A DNA stretch of 58,674 bases from an uncultured Candidatus Saccharibacteria bacterium. Its GTDB lineage: Bacteria > Patescibacteriota > Minisyncoccia > Phycocordibacterales > CAIZLB01. Where the stretch lies: positions 3,041-61,714 of the forward strand of contig CAYIYJ010000003.1 in assembly GCA_964367655.1 (NCBI GenBank), written 5' to 3'. The notes beneath the pieces were generated by a model. That model did not search any database, was not told where the DNA came from, and worked only from the letters and a program-made list of their open reading frames with translations. Positions 45,995 to 55,197 of this stretch are shown here, in pieces (position 1 is the first letter of the stretch; each line of letters starts with the position of its first letter). The translations under genes were made by a program, and so were the position numbers.

Positions 45995-47758
45995 ATGTAC
46001 GTTGATCAAGATAAATTTGCGCGATTCATCATAGATACCGGTCTTATCACTAAGGCTGAATATGAGCAATACAAAACTGACGCTGAAGAAAATAAACAAA
46101 AACTTCAGCAGATATTGATTTCTCAAGGGAAGGTCAAGGAGGAGGATATGATAAAGATAGAGTCATATCTAAGCGGTGTGCCTTTTATCGACCTTGCTGA
46201 TAAGAAGGTTTCATCAGAGGTTTTATACCTGATTCCAGAGCCAATTGCCCGCAAGCACAACATCGTAGCCATTGGCAAGACCGATACAACCCTCGAAGTG
46301 GCTCTACTTGACTCAAACGACCTGCCTGTTATTGATTTTGTTAAGAAAAAGACCGGTTTGCAGATAGTTCCTCGATTGACCAATGTGGAGTCGATGAAGC
46401 AGATATTGATGCAATATCAGAAGAGCCTTAAGGGGGATTTTGGTGATATTTTACAGACTGAAGCTGATGCTGCGACCGATACCATGTCTGTATCAGCTGA
46501 AGAGGCTGCTGATATGAACCCAGAAGATCTAAGAAAGATGGCTGAAGATCTGCCTATTGTAAGGATTGTTGAAACATTGCTCAAACATGCCGTTATCCAG
46601 AACGCATCAGATATTCATGTAGAGCATACTGAAGTAGAGACTGTTATACGGTATCGTATAGATGGATTGTTACACGATGCCATGGTTCTTCCTAAAGCTA
46701 CAGGGCCAAGTATCGTTGCTCGTATAAAGGTACTTGCGAGTCTTAAGTTGGATGAAAAGCGCCTCCCCCAAGATGGTCGTTTCAAGATTGAGTTGAATGG
46801 TGAGAAGGTTTCATTCCGTGTATCTGTGCTTCCTACATACTATGGAGAGAAGATTGTAATGCGTTTGTTGCGAGAAGCAGTGTCAGGTTTCACCTTAGAG
46901 GGATTGGGTTTTCACGGAAAATCTCTTGAAGATGTTCACGAGGCTATAAACTTTGCCGATGGAATGATTCTTACCACAGGACCTACAGGATCTGGAAAAA
47001 CAACTACTTTGTATACCGTGCTTGATCTATTGAATACTCCAGATGTAAACATCTCAACTGTTGAAGATCCTGTTGAATATCAGATTAAACGTATTAATCA
47101 GACTCAGATACGATCAGATATTGGGTTTACGTTCGCCAACGGACTCAGATCTCTTCTTCGACAGGATCCAGATATCATCATGGTTGGAGAGATTCGAGAC
47201 AATGAAACAGCTGCTTTGGCCATAAACGCCGCTTTGACAGGTCACTTGGTGCTTTCAACTCTCCACACTAACTCTGCAGCGGGTGCCATTCCTCGTCTTA
47301 TAGACATGAAATGTGAGCCGTTCCTTATTGTATCAACGACTAAAGTTATTATTGCACAGAGATTGATTCGTCAATTGTCAGAATCAAAAGAAAAATACAC
47401 CCTTACCGAGGCAGAAGTTGCTTCTATAGCTAAGAAGATTGATCTCGATAGGGTGATGGATTTTCTAGTAGAGGAGAAGATTTTGGGAAAGAAGACGGAT
47501 TGGACAAAAGTCCCCTTCTATAAACCAGGCAAAACTGCCGATAAAGATGATAGTGGATATGCAGGGCGACTAGGTATTCATGAAGTGTTAAAAGTGTCAC
47601 CTGCTGTGAAAGACCTTATTATGCAAGGCTCAAATGCAGATCAGATAGAGGCTCAGGCTAAAAAAGAGGGTATGATGACGATGCTGGAGGATGGATTGTT
47701 TAAGGCGGTGCAGGGAATGACAAGTGTTGAGGAGGTTTTGAGGATTGTGAGTGAATAG
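45995..47758 (+). CDS. pilB: Type IV pilus assembly ATPase PilB (full length, with T2SSE_N-type N-domain)
   Basis: N-terminal GSPII_E_N-like region; Walker A GPTGSGKTTT; IMVGEIRDNETA; TGHLVLSTLHTN. The tetracysteine motif is absent. Confidence 0.9.
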   Translation: MYVDQDKFARFIIDTGLITKAEYEQYKTDAEENKQKLQQILISQGKVKEEDMIKIESYLSGVPFIDLADKKVSSEVLYLIPEPIARKHNIVAIGKTDTTLEVALLDSNDLPVIDFVKKKTGLQIVPRLTNVESMKQILMQYQKSLKGDFGDILQTEADAATDTMSVSAEEAADMNPEDLRKMAEDLPIVRIVETLLKHAVIQNASDIHVEHTEVETVIRYRIDGLLHDAMVLPKATGPSIVARIKVLASLKLDEKRLPQDGRFKIELNGEKVSFRVSVLPTYYGEKIVMRLLREAVSGFTLEGLGFHGKSLEDVHEAINFADGMILTTGPTGSGKTTTLYTVLDLLNTPDVNISTVEDPVEYQIKRINQTQIRSDIGFTFANGLRSLLRQDPDIIMVGEIRDNETAALAINAALTGHLVLSTLHTNSAAGAIPRLIDMKCEPFLIVSTTKVIIAQRLIRQLSESKEKYTLTEAEVASIAKKIDLDRVMDFLVEEKILGKKTDWTKVPFYKPGKTADKDDSGYAGRLGIHEVLKVSPAVKDLIMQGSNADQIEAQAKKEGMMTMLEDGLFKAVQGMTSVEEVLRIVSE

Positions 47759-47989
47759 AGTGGTACCACTCGTTGGTGTGTGAGATGCAATATGGAGCAT
47801 TGCTTTACCGTGATAAGGGTGTTACTATTAACTCACAAGGGTTTTTCCCACAAATTTTGAGATTTTGGTTTATGACAAAGCGCGGTGACTCTTCGTTTTA
47901 GATAGATCAGAGTTAGTTTCAAGATAGTGTTATCGAGTCGGGATTACATCCCATTAATATAATTTTTAAGAATAAGATAAATAGATAAT

Positions 47990-48361
47990 ATGGCAGAAGC
48001 GCAAAACAACAAGAAACTTTATGTAGGTAACCTATCATGGGGTGTTAACGATGACTCACTAAAAGCTGCATTCGGAGAGTGTGGTGAAGTTGTGTCAGCA
48101 CAAGTATCAATCGATCGAATGACAGGCCGTTCACGCGGATTTGGATTCGTAGAATTTGCTACAGAAGAAGGTGCACAAAAAGCTATTACTCGATGGAATG
48201 AACAAGAACTCGATGGACGACCTCTACGAGTTAATGTAGCAATGCCACGAGAAGAAGGAGCTCCAAGACGATCATTCGGAGGCGGAGGCGCATCACGAGG
48301 AGGTTTTGGTGGACCACGACGAGATGATCGAGGTGGTTACGATCGAGAGCGATCTTGGTAA
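47990..48361 (+). CDS. RRM-type RNA-binding protein with an RGG-rich tail
   Basis: RNP-2 KLYVGNL, RNP-1 RGFGFVEF; C-terminus RRSFGGGGASRGGFGGPRRDDRGGY. Confidence 0.9.
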   Translation: MAEAQNNKKLYVGNLSWGVNDDSLKAAFGECGEVVSAQVSIDRMTGRSRGFGFVEFATEEGAQKAITRWNEQELDGRPLRVNVAMPREEGAPRRSFGGGGASRGGFGGPRRDDRGGYDRERSW

Positions 48362-48382
48362 TCTGCTCGTGCTTTAAAAAAT

Positions 48383-48428
48383 CTTTCGGTCCTCGGAATT
48401 AAAAATTCCTGCGGATGAAAGTTTTTTA
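48383..48428 (+). terminator. Terminator hairpin after the RRM gene
   Basis: CTTTC..TCCTCGGAATT-aaa-AATTCCTGCGGA..GAAAG followed by TTTTTT. Confidence 0.55.
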
Positions 48429-48462
48429 AAACACTTGCAATAGAAAACTAAACTCAATAACA

Positions 48463-48492
48463 AAAAAACCGTACACTATGTGCGGTTTTTTT
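48463..48492 (+). terminator. Second terminator-like hairpin 15 nt before the pilC start
   Basis: AAAAAACCGtaCAC-tat-GTGCGGTTTTTT. Confidence 0.5.
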
Positions 48493-48506
48493 GTTATGAT
48501 ATATGT

Positions 48507-49721
48507 ATGCGTTTTTCGTACACTGCAAAAAAAAATGACGGTTCAACATACTCTGCTGTGTTTGAAGGTGAGTCAAAGTCGGATTTATTTAAGGAGGTTG
48601 AAAAAAATGCTGCAACTATTATAGATTATTCAGAAAAAAGCGGAAAGAGTTTCGATGTGTTGGAAAAGTTTACTAGCATGTTTAGTCGTATAAAGATGAT
48701 GGATAAGATCGTCTTTGCTCGTAACCTAGCAAACATGTTGGATGCAGGACTTTCGTTTACGAGAGCTCTCACTGTTATGGAAAAACAGACTAAAAATAAT
48801 AAATTAAAAGCTGTATTCCAATCAATTACTGCAGATATCTCTTCTGGTAAAACCTTTCATGATGCTCTTGATAAGTACCCAAAAGTTTTTCCACCTATAT
48901 TTGTATCCATGGTAAAGGCTGGAGAGGAGAGTGGTAACCTATCTGAGTCTTTGAAGACAATTGCTTTACAGATGGAAAAAACATATACCATACAAAAAAA
49001 GATAAAGGGTGCGATGATATATCCTGCAGTTATTGTGACTGTGATGTTTATAATTGGAATAGTTATGATGGTAAAAGTTGTTCCTAAACTTACCAAGACG
49101 TTCAAGGATGTAAAGGCTGAACTGCCAGGATCAACTAAACTTGTTATTTGGTTAAGTGATACGTTATCTAGTCACCTTATATTGTTTATACTTGGGGTTA
49201 TCTTGCTCGGTGCAGGTCTGTATTCTCTTCTCAAGATGAAAAAGGGTAAGAAAATGTTCGACTGGTTATCAATACGACTTCCTGTAATAGGTCGGATTAT
49301 TATTGAATCAAACTCTGCAAAAACTACACGAACACTATCTTCTTTGGTTGGTTCAGGTGTAAACCTGATTCAGTCTGTAGAGATAACTAGAGATGTGATG
49401 CAGAATTCATACTACAAAAAAGTATTGGATGACACCATTGCAGCGGTTGAAAAAGGTAAATCTCTTTCTACTGTGATCGAACAAAATGAAAAGATATACC
49501 CTATCTTTGTTTCAGAGATGATAAGCGTGGGTGAGGAAACCGGTAAGCTCTCTAGTATGTTACAAGGAGTTGCTGTGTTTTATGAAAATGAAGTGGAGCA
49601 AAAAACAAAAGATCTATCAACCATTATAGAACCAATGTTGATGGTGTTTGTAGGTGCCGCGGTGGGATTTTTCGCCATTGCCATGATTACTCCGATGTAC
49701 TCAGTAATGAATAATCTTTAA
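48507..49721 (+). CDS. pilC: Type IV pilus platform protein PilC (GspF family); maximal ORF reaches a GTG at 48480
   Basis: Two T2SSF repeats (FARNLANMLDAGLSFTRAL...; TTRTLSSLVGSGVNLIQSV...), three TM regions, C-terminal PMYSVMN. Confidence 0.9.
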   Translation: MRFSYTAKKNDGSTYSAVFEGESKSDLFKEVEKNAATIIDYSEKSGKSFDVLEKFTSMFSRIKMMDKIVFARNLANMLDAGLSFTRALTVMEKQTKNNKLKAVFQSITADISSGKTFHDALDKYPKVFPPIFVSMVKAGEESGNLSESLKTIALQMEKTYTIQKKIKGAMIYPAVIVTVMFIIGIVMMVKVVPKLTKTFKDVKAELPGSTKLVIWLSDTLSSHLILFILGVILLGAGLYSLLKMKKGKKMFDWLSIRLPVIGRIIIESNSAKTTRTLSSLVGSGVNLIQSVEITRDVMQNSYYKKVLDDTIAAVEKGKSLSTVIEQNEKIYPIFVSEMISVGEETGKLSSMLQGVAVFYENEVEQKTKDLSTIIEPMLMVFVGAAVGFFAIAMITPMYSVMNNL

Positions 49722-49722
49722 T

Positions 49723-50193
49723 ATGAATAAAAAAAATACATCCAACGGTTTTACATTTATTGAAATAATAATTGTATTGGCTATATTTACAATAATATCG
49801 AGTATTGTATTTGCCTCTTTCTCTGCTTTGACAAATAAACAAGCTCTCGATAAAGAAGTTGATAATATAAAATCAATAATCCAAAAAACACGACTCGAGT
49901 CATTGAACGCAAAGAATGGAAATACTCACGCCATAACGTTTGCTTCAACTACAGTTGTAACATCAGAAACCTCTACAACTACAACAACTGCATACAGCAT
50001 ATCACCAGACATTGTTGCACAAGACATAAACCTTAAGATAATAGGGTCAGGCGCTGCGACAAGTACAGTATTTTTTGCAAAGATTACAGGGATGACAAAT
50101 GCGACCGGCACTATTACGTATGTTTTGAAAAAAGGTTCCACTGTTTTAGGTACAACAACGTTGAAGATTAATGCATTAGGAACGGTGGAGTGA
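49723..50193 (+). CDS. Prepilin-type N-terminal cleavage/methylation domain protein (pilin or pseudopilin)
   Basis: NG/FTFIEIIIVLAIFTIISSIV class III signal with Glu at +5. Confidence 0.8.
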   Translation: MNKKNTSNGFTFIEIIIVLAIFTIISSIVFASFSALTNKQALDKEVDNIKSIIQKTRLESLNAKNGNTHAITFASTTVVTSETSTTTTTAYSISPDIVAQDINLKIIGSGAATSTVFFAKITGMTNATGTITYVLKKGSTVLGTTTLKINALGTVE

Positions 50194-50209
50194 TATACTT
50201 TTAATAGTA

Positions 50210-50704
50210 ATGTTTTTAAATAATCGTAATAATAGAAAAAAAGGTCTATCATTAGTTGAGGTTATAATAGCAACTGCGATAATCTCCACATCTATGATTT
50301 ATATTGCAAAATCATATTCAGATTTTGTATTTTTATCAAGCGCAAACACAGCAAGAGTCCAAGCCACATTTTTACTAGATGAGGCTGTTGAAGCTGTTAA
50401 AACTCTTCGCGGAGAGAGTTGGTCAAAGATTAGTACTTTAAATACGGCAACACCGTATTATCTTGTTTGGGATGCGAATTTGAATAAATGGACACTGACA
50501 CTTACACCGTCAGTAATTGACGGGGTATTTACTAGAACCTTAGAGTTTCTCCCTGTAAATCGAGATGTGAACTTTAACATAGCCACTGTAGGTACTGCAG
50601 ATACTGGAAGTCGGCAGGTTTCTATCTCTGTGAGCTGGTCTGATCACGGTGTAACTGTGGCTAAGTCTATAGGTATGTATATCTTTAATATATTAAATAA
50701 CTAA
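50210..50704 (+). CDS. Prepilin-type minor pilin
   Basis: KKG/LSLVEVIIATAIISTSMIY class III signal with Glu at +5. Confidence 0.75.
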   Translation: MFLNNRNNRKKGLSLVEVIIATAIISTSMIYIAKSYSDFVFLSSANTARVQATFLLDEAVEAVKTLRGESWSKISTLNTATPYYLVWDANLNKWTLTLTPSVIDGVFTRTLEFLPVNRDVNFNIATVGTADTGSRQVSISVSWSDHGVTVAKSIGMYIFNILNN

Positions 50705-50707
50705 TAT

Positions 50708-51217
50708 ATGAAGCAAAACAGAGGTTTTACCCTTATTGAAACTCTTATATATCTATCACTTCTTATCGTTCTTGGTGCGATCGTGATCAATAGTGTGTTT
50801 TCTTTGTTTTCGTCATACAGCAAGATACGTCTTACCCAAGATATGGAGACTACAGCTATTCAAGTTTTGGACAAGATGACTCGAGATATACATGATGCAT
50901 CGGGAATTGTTGATGCTCAAAGTTCTTTTGGTGTTCCAAGTAGCTATGTATCTCTATCTATACCTACAGGTGGAGGAGGTTCTAATACGGCAAAATACTA
51001 TGTTGCAGGCGGTAAAATTAAATTTGATAAAAACAGTGAGTACCTCGGTGACCTGTCATTAAGTTCTGTGACAGTTAATAATTTTGATATAGATTATGTA
51101 AATGGAACAAGTACGAAAGCGCTTAAGATTGAGCTTCAGCTTCAAGCTGCAGTAAGGAATTCTACTGAGACATTATATAAAACATTCCGTACCACTGTTC
51201 AACTACGAGATCAATAG
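50708..51217 (+). CDS. Prepilin-type minor pilin
   Basis: NRG/FTLIETLIYLSLLIVLGAIV class III signal with Glu at +5. Confidence 0.8.
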   Translation: MKQNRGFTLIETLIYLSLLIVLGAIVINSVFSLFSSYSKIRLTQDMETTAIQVLDKMTRDIHDASGIVDAQSSFGVPSSYVSLSIPTGGGGSNTAKYYVAGGKIKFDKNSEYLGDLSLSSVTVNNFDIDYVNGTSTKALKIELQLQAAVRNSTETLYKTFRTTVQLRDQ

Positions 51218-51233
51218 TATACAATTGTAGTAT

Positions 51234-53015
51234 ATGTCACATACAAAACAATACAATAAAGGAGCTGTACTAATGGTAGTAGTTCTTTTTTTTGTAGTTA
51301 TCGCAACAACTCTATTGGTAGGTATTGTTAATCCCATATCGAATCAAATAAGAAATACCGATGAATTTCTAAAATCAAAACAAAGTTATTCTGTGGCAGA
51401 CGCCCAAGCAGAAAATGCTCTATACAGATTCAATAACGGAAAAAGTGATGCTCCGTCAACATTGTCTCTCTTAGGTGCTACAGCCTCAGCAAATATGACA
51501 GATATTGGTGATATCAAGCAGATCACTGTTGAAGGCGTGTATGGACAGTTTGAAAGAACGGTGCAGGCCCAGTTTAAACAAGACGCTGGAGTCGCTTTCA
51601 ATTATGGCCTACAGTCTGGTATAGGAGGCGTTCAGATGGAAGGGTCTTCATATATAACAGGTAATGTGTACAGTAACGGTGATATTGTTGGTAATGGAGG
51701 TTCTGGCTGGTATACAACCTATATAACAGGTAGTGCAACTGTTGCAAACGTATCTGATCCAACACCTCATGTGAGCAATGCTACTCCTGCAAGTTCAGGT
51801 GACCAGTCTTTTGATATCGGAAAAACAAATACCAACCAAGATTTTGCAGAATCTTTTGTTTATAGTACTACCACTCCAATAACTGAGATACAATTGTATA
51901 TGAGAAAAACAGGGTCTCCTGCGAATGCAACAGTGAAGGTTGTTAGTAATTCATCAGGCGCACCTGGAACCACTGTGTTATCTTCAGGAACTCTTAACTC
52001 ATCGTTGGTAACATCTATCAATTCATATGTACCTGTAGCCATGAATACAACAACTTCACTGGTCTCAGGAACTACATATTGGATTGTTGTGGATGTGGGT
52101 TCAAATAACACATCAAATTACTATACACTAGGGTTAAATGACAATACCTATTCTGGATCTCCCAAAATCGGACGTTTTGCTAATTCGTGGGCTAATATAG
52201 CAACAACAACTCTTGATGTAAAATTTAAGGTTATTGTAGGTGGTGATGTTGGAACTATTTCAAATATGGGAATCGGTACAGGTGGAACAGGGAATGCTTG
52301 GGCACACACTGTTACAAATACTACTGTTGGAGGTTCTCTGTATTGTCAGATAGGAAGTGGTAATAATAAAGCTTGTGATACAAGTAAAGCTGATCCAGCT
52401 CCTGCAAGTTTTCCTATCTCTGAAGGAAATCTACAAGAGTGGAAAGAACAAGCTGTGGCAGGTGGAGCAACTTCAAGTATTAAGATAGACGGAGTCAAAG
52501 TGCGAACTCTTGGTCCTATAAAAATCAACGGTAATTTGGAAGTTGAAGGTTCAGGAAGGTTGGATATTACAGGTCCTATACACGTGACCGGTTTTATAAA
52601 AGTACAAGGCAATGGAAAGATATATGTAGCAAGTAGTATGGGTACTGCAAGTGGATTGATTGTAGCTGATGGTATTGTGGAGCTTGAAGGTTCTGGAGGT
52701 ATATATGGATCTGGAACAGCTGGTAGTTATGTGGTTGTAGCAACCACCAGTACTTGTCCTGAAGCACCAAATTGTTCTGGAGGAAGTAGGGCTATTAAGA
52801 TATCAGGGGCTGCAGGATCTGTTGTGTTAAGTGCACCAAACGGACGTGTAGAACTTGAAGGTTCTGTCGGCATAAAGTCTCTCGTGGCTAAACAACTTAA
52901 GATGTCTGGTACAGCACATGTTATATACGACTCTGGTTTAGCAAATCTTGATTTTACTTCAGGACCATCTGGTTCATGGGCAATAGATTCTTGGAAAGAG
53001 GTAGAAGGAAACTAG
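51234..53015 (+). CDS. Large PilX-like N-terminal-anchor protein with Gly-rich beta-helix-like repeats (putative pilus tip or adhesin)
   Basis: N-terminus KG/AVLMVVVLFFVVIATTLLVGIV (no Glu at +5). C-terminal repeats GNLEVEGSGRLDITGPIHVTG, GIVELEGSGGIYGSG, GRVELEGSVGIKS. Confidence 0.55.
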   Translation: MSHTKQYNKGAVLMVVVLFFVVIATTLLVGIVNPISNQIRNTDEFLKSKQSYSVADAQAENALYRFNNGKSDAPSTLSLLGATASANMTDIGDIKQITVEGVYGQFERTVQAQFKQDAGVAFNYGLQSGIGGVQMEGSSYITGNVYSNGDIVGNGGSGWYTTYITGSATVANVSDPTPHVSNATPASSGDQSFDIGKTNTNQDFAESFVYSTTTPITEIQLYMRKTGSPANATVKVVSNSSGAPGTTVLSSGTLNSSLVTSINSYVPVAMNTTTSLVSGTTYWIVVDVGSNNTSNYYTLGLNDNTYSGSPKIGRFANSWANIATTTLDVKFKVIVGGDVGTISNMGIGTGGTGNAWAHTVTNTTVGGSLYCQIGSGNNKACDTSKADPAPASFPISEGNLQEWKEQAVAGGATSSIKIDGVKVRTLGPIKINGNLEVEGSGRLDITGPIHVTGFIKVQGNGKIYVASSMGTASGLIVADGIVELEGSGGIYGSGTAGSYVVVATTSTCPEAPNCSGGSRAIKISGAAGSVVLSAPNGRVELEGSVGIKSLVAKQLKMSGTAHVIYDSGLANLDFTSGPSGSWAIDSWKEVEGN

Positions 53016-53034
53016 GTGTTTGTAGTATAATCTA

Positions 53035-53925
53035 ATGATGATAACACGTGTACCTAAAAAAAGTGGTGTATCCACACCTAAACCTTTGATTATTGCCAAC
53101 TGGAAAGCTGGTGTTCTAAACTACAAAGAGGCTGAAAAAAACATACTAGATACGTATGGTGCTCTCGGAACAGGTTCTTCTAAGGTTGAATTAGTTTTTG
53201 CTCCTGTTGCTACATACATACAGACATTGGGGTATATATTTGGAAACATACTAAAGTATGTTAAGCCTCGAAAAGTAAAATGGCCAAAGTTAACACTTGC
53301 GGCTCAAAATATATCAGTATTTGAAGGTGGATCAAAAACAGGTGAGATACCAGTATTGGCAATCAAAGACTCGGGTGCGTCATATGTGATAGTTGGTCAT
53401 TCAGAATGTAGAGAAGCTGGAGATACAAATGCGATGGTTGTTACCAAGACAAAGCTGGTAATAGATCAACGTCTAAAAGTTGTTTTGTGTGTTGGGGAAC
53501 GAGAAAGAGATGCCGGTGTTCAATACCTTAAGGTTATTGAGGATCAGATTCTTTCGGTATTTTCATACATCGACAAGAAAGATCACGGGCAGATTGTTAT
53601 TGCCTATGAGCCTGTGTGGGCAGTAAACAATAAAGATAATCTATCTCTAGATGCATATGGACTCCATAGTATGATAGTGTATATCAAGAGGTTGTTATTA
53701 GAGCGCTTTGGAGAACCAACTGCTGATGCTGTTCGTATTATCTATGGTGGATCTGTTACTCCTGACAATGCACAGGACATACTTTGGAACGGTGAAGCTC
53801 AAGGTTTACTTATCGGCCGAGCGAGTTGGAATGCAGAATCTCTTTCAGCTATTATAAAATCAGTACTCATTAATCCTAAGAAAAATATTCTGAAACAATA
53901 TGGATCAGCTAAAAAAAATAAATAG
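53035..53925 (+). CDS. tpiA: Triosephosphate isomerase, divergent
   Basis: IIANWKAG (Asn/Lys), VGHSECR (His), IAYEPVWAV (Glu), IYGGSV. The usual AIGTG lid is replaced by AVNNKDN. Confidence 0.8.
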   Translation: MMITRVPKKSGVSTPKPLIIANWKAGVLNYKEAEKNILDTYGALGTGSSKVELVFAPVATYIQTLGYIFGNILKYVKPRKVKWPKLTLAAQNISVFEGGSKTGEIPVLAIKDSGASYVIVGHSECREAGDTNAMVVTKTKLVIDQRLKVVLCVGERERDAGVQYLKVIEDQILSVFSYIDKKDHGQIVIAYEPVWAVNNKDNLSLDAYGLHSMIVYIKRLLLERFGEPTADAVRIIYGGSVTPDNAQDILWNGEAQGLLIGRASWNAESLSAIIKSVLINPKKNILKQYGSAKKNK

Positions 53926-55126
53926 CCTACAATCTTTTGTAGGAAAGTTAAAAGGTAAAAAAGTCTTCTTACGAGCAGATTTTAATGTTCCAATAGAGAA
54001 GGGGGTAATTACAGACACATATCGTATAGATGCTGTTGTATCAACGTTAGAGTTTTTACAACATGAAGGCGCTATTGCTGTCGTTGCATCACACATAGAG
54101 ACTGCAGATAACCCATCTCCAACATTGAAGCCTGTCTTCGAATATATCAAAAAAGAATATCCAAAATTTAACATTGTATTTTGTGAAGATTTTTTAAATT
54201 CTGAGGTTTTAACAGCCACTGTACAGTCATGTGTTGAAGGGTCTTTTGTACTATTGGAAAATATAAGAAATGCAAAAGAAACTGTGTCTGAAAAAGATAA
54301 CAGTGTTCAGTTGGCAGAGTATCTAAAAGAATATTGTGTTTTTTATATTCAAGAGGCATTTGCAGTGTCACACAGATCACATGCGTCTGTTGATGCTTTA
54401 CCTAGGTTGTTTGCTCATGAGTGTAAAGCTGCCGGCTTTCTACTTTCAAAAGAGATTGAGCATCTTTCCTTGGGACTTGTACCTAGAAAACCGCTTGCCA
54501 CAATATTGAGTGGTATGAAGTTTTCTACAAAACTCCCACTGATACAGAAGTATTTGGAGATGGCAGATATGTTGTTTGTTGGTGGTGCTTTGTTTAACAA
54601 TATTGCTAAATCAATGGGGTACAATGTGGGTCAATCGCTTATAGATACAGAGGCTGCAGATATAGACCAGTTGGTGAAAACCGATGTGTTCAAACAAAAA
54701 GTATATATTCCAAAAGAGGTGGTTGTTAGAAACGTAGATACTGGAGAGATTCGTAAAGCTGATCTCTCAGAGGTGCAGGAGAGAGAATCTATACAAGATA
54801 TATCTGAAGATAGTATGAATCACTTTGTTCAAAAACTTGAAGAAAATGGTGTGCAGACTATTGTCTGGAATGGTCCTATTGGTAACTATGAAAAGCCTGA
54901 GTTCTCTAAAGGAACTATCGAATTTGCGAAGCTGTTATATGCATATGTAAGAAATAATGTTTCAGTTCAGGCTTTGATTGGTGGAGGGGATACTGTGGGT
55001 GCTTTGCAGAATAACATAGTTGATTTTGATAAACAGGATAGAATATTCGTATCCACAGGTGGTGGTGCTATGTTGGAGTTCTTGGAGAAGGATGGACATC
55101 TCCCGGGCATAGATAGTTTGTTATAA
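53900..55126 (+). CDS. pgk: Phosphoglycerate kinase
   Basis: VFLRADFNVP, RIDAVVSTLEFL, VASHIE, WNGPIGNYE, STGGGAMLEFLE. Overlaps tpiA by 26 nt. Confidence 0.9.
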   Translation: MDQLKKINSLQSFVGKLKGKKVFLRADFNVPIEKGVITDTYRIDAVVSTLEFLQHEGAIAVVASHIETADNPSPTLKPVFEYIKKEYPKFNIVFCEDFLNSEVLTATVQSCVEGSFVLLENIRNAKETVSEKDNSVQLAEYLKEYCVFYIQEAFAVSHRSHASVDALPRLFAHECKAAGFLLSKEIEHLSLGLVPRKPLATILSGMKFSTKLPLIQKYLEMADMLFVGGALFNNIAKSMGYNVGQSLIDTEAADIDQLVKTDVFKQKVYIPKEVVVRNVDTGEIRKADLSEVQERESIQDISEDSMNHFVQKLEENGVQTIVWNGPIGNYEKPEFSKGTIEFAKLLYAYVRNNVSVQALIGGGDTVGALQNNIVDFDKQDRIFVSTGGGAMLEFLEKDGHLPGIDSLL

Positions 55127-55143
55127 AAGTTTTTGGAAAAATG

Positions 55144-55173
55144 AAAAACCACCAAGTGTTTGGTGGTTTTTTC
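55144..55173. terminator. Bidirectional terminator between pgk and the DoxX gene
   Basis: AAAAACCACCAA-gtgt-TTGGTGGTTTTT. Confidence 0.7.
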
Positions 55174-55197
55174 TTACGGGGTTTTGATAAAAACAGA

